The position numbers and the translations under genes were made by a program. DNA of 46,219 nt from Nemertoderma westbladi. Lineage: Eukaryota > Animalia > Xenacoelomorpha. Below the pieces are notes generated by a model. The model was not told where the DNA came from. It did not search any database and was given only the letters and a program-made list of their open reading frames with translations. The stretch is from contig JAUCBJ010001637.1 of the NCBI GenBank assembly GCA_032718475.1, positions 1 through 46,219 on the forward strand. The letters run 5' to 3'. This document shows positions 39,301 to 46,219 of this stretch, in pieces (positions within the stretch are counted from its first letter, which is position 1; every line of letters begins with the position of its first letter).

Positions 39301-42300
39301 AGTGTAAGGAGTTCTACTCAACGGTGAGTTAGTGTAAGGATTTCTACTCAACGGTGAGTTAGTGTAAGGAGTTCTACTCAACGGTGAGTTAGTGTAAGAA
39401 CTTCTACTCAACGGTGAGTTAATGTAAGGAGTTCCAACTGTGAGTTAGTGTAAGGACTTCTACTCAACGGTGAGTTAGTGTAAGGAGTTCAACTCAACGG
39501 TGAGTTAGTGTAAGGACTTTTACTCAACGGTGAGATAGTGTAAGGAGTTATACTCAACGGTGAGTTAGTGTAAGGACTTCTACTCAACGGTGAGTTAATG
39601 TAAGGAGTTCCAACGGTGAGTTAGTGTAAGGAGTTCTACTCAACGGTGAGTTAGTGTAAGGAGTTCAACTCAACGGTGAGTTAGTGTAAGGAGTTCAACT
39701 CAACGGTGAGTTAGTGTAAGGAGTTCTACACAACGGTGAGTTAGTGTAAGGAGTTCTACACAACGGTGTGTTAGTGTAAGGAGTTAATTACTCAACGGTG
39801 AGTTAGTGTAAGGAGTTCTACTCAACGGTGAGTTAGTGTAAGGAGTTCCAACGGTGAGTTAGTGTAAGGAGTTATACTCAACGGTGAGTTAGTGTAAGGA
39901 GTTCTACTCAACGGTGAGTTAGTGTAAGGAGTTCTACTCAACGGTGAGTTAGTGTAAGAACTTCTACTCAACGGTGAGTTAATGTAAGGAGTTCCAACGG
40001 TGAGTTAGTGTAAGGAGTTCCAACGGTGAGTTAGTGTAAGGAGTTCTACTCAACGGTGAGTTAGTGTAAGGAGTTCAACTTAACGGTGAGTTAGTGTAAG
40101 GAGTTCTACTCAACGGTGAGTTATTGTAAGGAGTTCTACTCAACGGTGAGTTAGTGTAAGGAGTTCTACTCAACGGTGAGTTAGTGTAAGGAGTTCTACT
40201 CAACGGTGAGTTAGTGTAAGAACTTCTACTCAACGGTGAGTTAATGTAAGGAGTTCCAACGGTGAGTTAGTGTAAGGAGTTCAACTCAACGGTGAGTTAG
40301 TGTAAGGAGTTCTACTCAACGGTGAGTTAGTGTAAGGAGTTCTACTCAACGGTGAGTTAGTGTAAGGAGTTCTACTCAACGGTGAGTTAGTGTAAGGAGT
40401 TCTACTCAACGGTGAGTTAGTGTAAGGAGTTCTACTCAACGGTGAGTTAGTGTAAGGAGTTCTACTCAACGGTGAGTTAGTGTAAGGAGTTCAACTCAAC
40501 GGTGAGTTAGTGTAAGGAGTTCTACTCAACGGTGAGTTAGTGTAAGGAGTTCCAACGGTGAGTTAGTGTAAGGAGTTATACTCAACGGTGAGTTAGTGTA
40601 AGGAGTTCTACTCAACGGTGAGTTAGTGTAAGGAGTTCTACTCAACGGTGAGTTAGTGTAAGGACTTCTACTCAACGGTGAGTTAGTGTAAGGAGTTCTA
40701 CTCAACGGTGAGTTAGTGTAAGGAGTTCACTCAACGGTGAGTTAGTGTAAGGAGTTCTACTCAACGGTGAGTTAGTGTAAGGAGTTCCAACGGTGAGTTA
40801 GTGTAAGGAGTTCTACTCAACGGTGAGTTAGTGTAAGGAGTTCACTCAACGGTGAGTTAGTGTAAGGAGTTCTACTCAACGGTGAGTTAGTGTAAGGAGT
40901 TCTACTCAACGGTGAGTTAGTGTAAGGAGTTCTACTCAACGGTGAGTTAGTGTAAGGAGTTCTACTCAACGGTGAGTTAGTGTAAGGAGTTCCAACGGTG
41001 AGTTAGTGTAAGGAGTTCTACTCAACGGTGAGTTAGTGTAAGGAGTTCTACTCAACGGTGAGTTAGTGTAAGGAGTTCTACTCAACGGTGAGTTAGTGTA
41101 AGAACTTCTACTCAACGGTGAGTTAATGTAAGGAGTTCCAACGGTGAGTTAGTGTAAGGAGTTCTACTCAACGGTGAGTTAGTGTAAGGAGTTCTACTCA
41201 ACGGTGAGTTAGTGTAAGGAGTTCTACTCAACGGTGAGTTAGTGTAAGGACTTCTACTCAACGGTGAGTTAATGTAAGGAGTTCCAACGGTGAGTTAGTG
41301 TAAGGAGTTCTACTCAACGGTGAGTTAGTGTAAGGAGTTCTACTCAACGGTGAGTTAGTGTAAGGAGTTCTACTCAACGGTGAGTTAGTGTAAGGAGTTC
41401 TACTCAACGGTGAGTTAGTGTAAGGAGTTCTACTCAACGGTGAGTTAGTGTAAGGAGTTCCAACGGTGAGTTAGTGTAAGGACTTCTACTCAACGGTGAG
41501 TTAATGTAAGGAGTTCCAACGGTGAGTTAGTGTAAGGAGTTCCAACGGTGAGTTAGTGTAAGGAGTTCTACTCAACGGTGAGTTAGTGTAAGGAGTTCTA
41601 CTCAACGGTGAGTTAGTGTAAGGAGTTCCAACGGTGAGTTAGTGTAAGGAGTTCTACTCAACGGTGAGTTAGTGTAAGGAGTTCTACTCAACGGTGAGTT
41701 AGTGTAAGGAGTTCTACTCAACGGTGAGTTAGTGTAAGGAGTTCTACTCAACGGTGAGTTAGTGTAAGGAGTTCTACTCAACGGTGAGTTAGTGTAAGGA
41801 GTTCCAACGGTGAGTTAGTGTAAGGAGTTCTACTCAACGGTGAGTTAGTGTAAGGAGTTCTACCAACGGTGAGTTAGTGTAAGGAGTTCTACTCAACGGT
41901 GAGTTAGTGTAAGGACTTCTACTCAACGGTGAGTTAATGTAAGGAGTTCCAACGGTGAGTTAGTGTAAGGAGTTCTACTCAACGGTGAGTTAGTGTAAGG
42001 AGTTCTACTCAACGGTGAGTTAGTGTAAGGAGTTCTACTCAACGGTGAGTTAGTGTAAGGAGTTCTACGCAACGGTGAGTTAGTGTAAGGACTTCTACTC
42101 AACGGTGAGTTAATGTAAGGAGTTCCAACGGTGAGTTAGTGTAAGGAGTTCCAACGGTGAGTTAGTGTAAGGACTTCTACTCAACGGTGAGTTAATGTAA
42201 GGAGTTCCAACGGTGAGTTAGTGTAAGGAGTTCCCAACGGTGAGTTAGTGTAAGGAGTTCTACTCAACGGTGAGTTAGTGTAAGGAGTTCTACTCAACGG

Positions 42301-44387
42301 TGAGTTAGTGTAAGGAGTTCCAACGGTGAGTTAGTGTAAGGAGTTCTACTCAACGGTTAGTTAGTGTAAGGAGTTCCAACGGTGAGTTAGTGTAAGGAGT
42401 TCCAACGGTGAGTTAGTGTAAGGAGTTCTACTCAACGGTGAGTTAGTGTAAGGAGTTCTACTCAACGGTGAGTTAATGTAAGGAGTTCCAACGGTGAGTT
42501 AGTGTAAGGAGTTCTACTCAACGGTGAGTTAGTGTAAGGAGTTCCAACGGTGAGTTAGTGTAAGGAGTTCCAACGGTGAGTTAGTGTAAGGAGTTCTACT
42601 CAACGGTGAGTTAGTGTAAGGAGTTCTACTCAACGGTGAGTTAGTGTAAGGAGTTCCAACGGTGAGTTAGTGTAAGGAGTTCTACTCAACGGTGAGTTAG
42701 TGTAAGGAGTTCTACTCAACGGTTAGTTAGTGTAAGGAGTTCCAACGGTGAGTTAGTGTATGGAGTTCTACTCAACGGTGAGTTAATGTAAGGAGTTCCA
42801 ACTGTGAGTTAGTGTAAGGAGTTCAACTCAACGGTGAGTTAGTGTAAGGAGTTCTACTCAACAGTGAGTTAATGTAAGGAGTTCCAACGGTGAGTTAGTG
42901 TAAGGAGCTCAACTCAACGGTGAGTTAGTGTAAGGAGTTATACTCAACGGTGAGTTAGTGTAAGGAGTTCTACTCAACGGTGAGTTAGTGTAAGGAGTTC
43001 TACTCAACGGTGAGTTAGTGTAAGGAGTTCTACTCAACGGTGAGTTAGTGTAAGGAGTTCCAACGGTGAGTTAGTGTAAGGACTTCTACTCAACGGTGAG
43101 TTAATGTAAGGAGTTCCAACGGTGAGTTAGTGTAAGGAGTTCCAACGGTGAGTTAGTGTAAGGAGTTCTACTCAACGGTGAGTTAGTGTAAGGAGTTCCA
43201 ACGGTGAGTTAGTGTAAGGAGTTCCAACGGTGAGTTAGTGTAAGGAGTTCCAACGGTGAATTAGTGTAAGGAGTTCTACTCAACGGTGAGTTAGTGTAAG
43301 GAGTTCTACTCAACGGTGAGTTAGTGTAAGGAGTTCCAACGGTGAGTTAGTGTAAGGAGTTCCAACGGTGAGTTAGTGTAAGGAGTTCTACTCAACGGTG
43401 AGTTAGTGTAAGGAGTTCTACTCAACGGTGAGTTAGTGTAAGGAGTTCCAACGGTGAGTTAGTGTAAGGAGTTCTACTCAACGGTGAGTTAGTGTAAGGA
43501 GTTCTACTAAACGGTGAGTTAGTGTAAGGAGTTCTACTCAACGGTTAGTTAGTGTAAGGAGTTCCAACGGTGAGTTAGTGTAAGGAGTTATACTCAACGG
43601 TGAGTTAGTGTAAGGAGTTCTACTCAACGGTGAGTTAGTGTAAGGAGTTCAACTCAACGGTGAGTTAGTGTAAGGAGTTCTACGCAACGGTTAGTTAGTG
43701 TAAGGAGTTCTACTCAACGGTGAGTTAGTGTAAGGAGTTCTACTCAACGGTTAGTTAGTGTAAGGAGTTCAACTCAACGGTGAGTTACTGTAAGGAGTTC
43801 CAACGGTGAGTTAGTGTAAGGAGTTCCAACGGTGAGTTAGTGTAAGGAGTTCCAACGGTGAGTTAGTGTAAGGAGTTCCAACGGTGAGTTAGTGTAAGGA
43901 GTTCTACTCAACGGTTAGTTAGTGTAAGGAGTTCCAACGGTGAGTTAGTGTAAGGAGTTCCAACGGTGAGTTAGTGTAAGGAGTTCTACTCAACGGTGAG
44001 TTAGTGTAAGGAGTTCTACTCAACGGTTAGTTAGTGTAAGGAGTTCCAACGGTGAGTTAGTGTAAGGAGTTCTACTCAACGGTTAGTTAGTGTAAGGAGT
44101 TCTACTCAACGGTGAGTTAGTGTAAGGAGTTCTACTCAACGGTGAGTTAATGTAAGGAGTTCAACTCAACGGTGAGTTAATGTAAGGAGTTCTACTCAAC
44201 GGTGAGTTAGTGTAAGGAGTTCCAACGGTGAGTTAGTGTAAGGAGTTCTACTCAACGGTGAGTTAGTGTAAGGAGTTCCAACGGTGAGTTAGTGTAAGGA
44301 GTTCTACTCAACGGTGAGTTAGTGTAAGGAGTTCCAACGGTGAGTTAGTGTAAGGAGTTCCAACGGTGAGTTAGTAGTGTAAGGACT
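12369..44387 (+). repeat. 32-kb intronic satellite: 30-bp unit AGGAGTTCTACTCAACGGTGAGTTAGTGTA with a common 26-bp variant lacking TACT; roughly 1,100 copies
   Basis: Directly visible uninterrupted array. The first unit overlaps the last 17 nt of exon 3. Copy number is estimated from length. Confidence 0.99.
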
Positions 44388-44582
44388 AATATATTTCTAA
44401 ACGGTGAATTCCATTTTCATTGATTGCTATTTTCCACTATTTTTTAAATGTTGTTTAAATTGTTGCATTATTTTCCGACAGTTCAGCACGCATCATAGAA
44501 TTATAAAAGATTTACCATTACAAACGTAGTTGATATGATATTATCATAACTAATTAATATATTTAATCACATTTCGTTTTAG

Positions 44583-44774
44583 TTTCTGTCTGTTCTTAAC
44601 GAACTCAAGACTTGTACACTTGACGATCTGGTAACGAAGATGAATGACCAATGTTTATCGGATTATATTGTAGTTTATTTACGACTTATCGTATCCGGTT
44701 ACCTTCAAACCAATCAGGAATTCTTTACGGCTTTCATAGAAGGGGGTCGAACAGTGAAAGAATTCTGTCAGATG
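44583..44774 (+). CDS. OTUB1: Otubain coding exon 4
   Basis: Acceptor tttcgttttag|, donor ATG|GTAAGT. FLSVLNELKTCTLDDLVTKMNDQCLSDYIVVYLRLIVSGYLQTNQEFFTAFIEGGRTVKEFCQM continues directly from exon 3 in the OTUB1 alignment. Missing from the ORF track. Confidence 0.95.
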
Positions 44775-45573
44775 GTAAGTTCATGAAATCAGCTTGGGTG
44801 GTTGCTGAATTCTTGTAGTTGTATTCGCGTCTAATAAAGCATGAACTTTCTCCACCTTGTATTGTATGGCTTACTACCAAGCTGATTCATGCTTTTAAGT
44901 TTTAATTAAACTAATTTTACAAAACCAAAATATTTTCTTCGAATGTGGGATTGAATGTGGGTGGTATCTTGAATTTAAAGTCAAACGCTCTACCAAGTAA
45001 GAAAAAAAACGTCATACTGTACCACGTGAGCAAAAGCAAAGTGGAAATCAATAACAACAAACTGACTTTTAATTGCGTCGAAAGGTTCGAATATCTGTAA
45101 ATTACCGAACTTTGTATTTGGAATAACATTTAATGTTATATTTTTAATATTTTGATATCGAAGTATTATATAGGCAAATTAGATCAATTATTTATTTGTA
45201 ACTTCGAACTGTTTACTTTATTGTGGACCCATGTGAGAAGTATGCCAGTATACCAAACTTTATGAAGTTTAACCCTATGATAAGAATACCCGGTTTTCAC
45301 CAATAATCCAGGTTTCAGAAGGGCTGAAACTAACCAAAACAACAAACTAATTTAGTATCTGTACAGGTTTTTTAGATAGAAATAAGCGCGCGCACACTTA
45401 CAAGGAGAAATTCAAATAATACAAATTCTTCATATAAAATTTCCACCGAAAAGATACAAGAGGGTCTCTTCACTTGGGCCGTTATTATGGATCGTCCATT
45501 AATAATTATTCAAAATTGTCGTTTTCTACTTTAAATTAACTAAATTTTAATCAAACTTAAATCTTAATTACAG

Positions 45574-45792
45574 GAAGTTGAGCCGATGAATAGGGAGTCC
45601 GACCACATCCACATAATAGCGGTGAGTTCGGCGCTGGCGGTGGGCATACGAATAGTTTACCTGGACCGTACCGGGTCTGGTATCCAGGAACACACCTTCC
45701 CAGACGATAAACCCCCCAGTGTTACTCTACTCTACCGACCCGGCCATTACGACGTACTCTACTCTAAGGAGACGCCATCTAACCCCGCTTAG
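45574..45792 (+). CDS. OTUB1: Otubain coding exon 5 (catalytic His, stop codon)
   Basis: Acceptor ttaattacag|. EVEPMNRESDHIHIIAVSSAL...YLDR...LLYRPGHYDVLY...TAG. Confidence 0.95.
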   Translation, partial: EVEPMNRESDHIHIIAVSSALAVGIRIVYLDRTGSGIQEHTFPDDKPPSVTLLYRPGHYDVLYSKETPSNPA

Positions 45793-45969
45793 TGGAACTG
45801 ATGTTACGAATGCAATACCGTCGGTGCTCGTTGTAAATAGTGCATTTTATTTTAAGCAGTTTATATTTATATTGAGTAAATGTATTGGATATTTATATTG
45901 AGTTATAACTTAATTTATCTCCGAAAGTCGTTCCATCATCAGTATCACCGGCCAACATCTTCCTCTCGT

Positions 45970-46219
45970 CTACTACTACAGTACTACTGTACTACTACTT
46001 ATTAGGTCGAGCGAGCTGAGACAGGGTTCCCGATTCTCCATAGTTGTCGCAATTTCGTTTCTCCCAAGTCTTGTATTCATTTAAAATTGGTATGTCCTTG
46101 CCGCTCATCCATGGGATAGCCTACCTTGAGTTGTGAGTTTGCCATTAAAGTAGTTCTGCTACGACCTCGTCTTTACTTCGCCAGCAGTGCCCACTGAATC
46201 TTAATCTGCGTTCACGGAG
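45970..46219 (-). mobile_element. Second RTE-clade LINE 3' fragment, same family as 7738-8017, running off the window end
   Basis: Shares ttcccgattctccatagttgtcgcaatttcgtttctcccaagt and gacctcgtctttacttcgccagcagtgcccactgaatcttaatctgcgttcacggag with the first copy. Has a (TAG)n tail. Confidence 0.88.

Noticed and set aside
13244-40469. Minus-strand ORFs of (SRTPYTNSPL)n resembling the RNA polymerase II CTD or a mucin
   Set aside because: They are a by-product of a 30-bp unit lacking stops in one frame. They use non-ATG starts and are constantly broken by 26-bp units and stop variants.
12369-44387. CRISPR array (30-bp repeats)
   Set aside because: Units are head-to-tail with no unique spacers, there are no cas genes, and the context is a spliceosomal intron.
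12369-44387. Telomeric or centromeric array
   Set aside because: It is flanked on both sides by consecutive exons of one gene, and the unit is explained by the local exon junction. The TTAG similarity to telomere repeats is only 4 nt. Centromere function cannot be judged from sequence.
3787-45792. Functional E3 ligase plus deubiquitinase module
   Set aside because: The HECT frame is disrupted, truncated and apparently TE-borne, so its adjacency to the otubain is most simply chance.

Overview
Eukaryotic (animal-like) genomic DNA, not prokaryotic. The main gene is a five-coding-exon otubain (OTUB1-like deubiquitinase) on the + strand: exons 9671-9905, 10577-10731, 12176-12385, 44583-44774 and 45574-45792. 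These give 1011 nt (336 aa plus stop), all introns are GT-AG with compatible phases, and the GDGNC and PGHYD catalytic motifs are intact. Intron 3 is 32.2 kb and is almost entirely a tandem array of roughly 1,100 copies (estimated from length) of a 30-bp unit. That unit is the exon-3/intron-3 junction itself, so nearly every copy carries the gene's own 5' splice site (ACG|GTGAGT), and an in-frame TAG follows the authentic donor. Intron 2 has a separate 15-16-bp array that also starts at its donor. Upstream lie a ~3.5-kb imperfect inverted repeat with internal ~288-bp duplications, a truncated IS3EU-like DNA transposon remnant carrying a G2E3-like HECT pseudogene, and nested CR1-like and RTE-like LINE fragments. 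Many TA-flanked motifs resemble transposon excision footprints. All calls were made by eye, without database searches.
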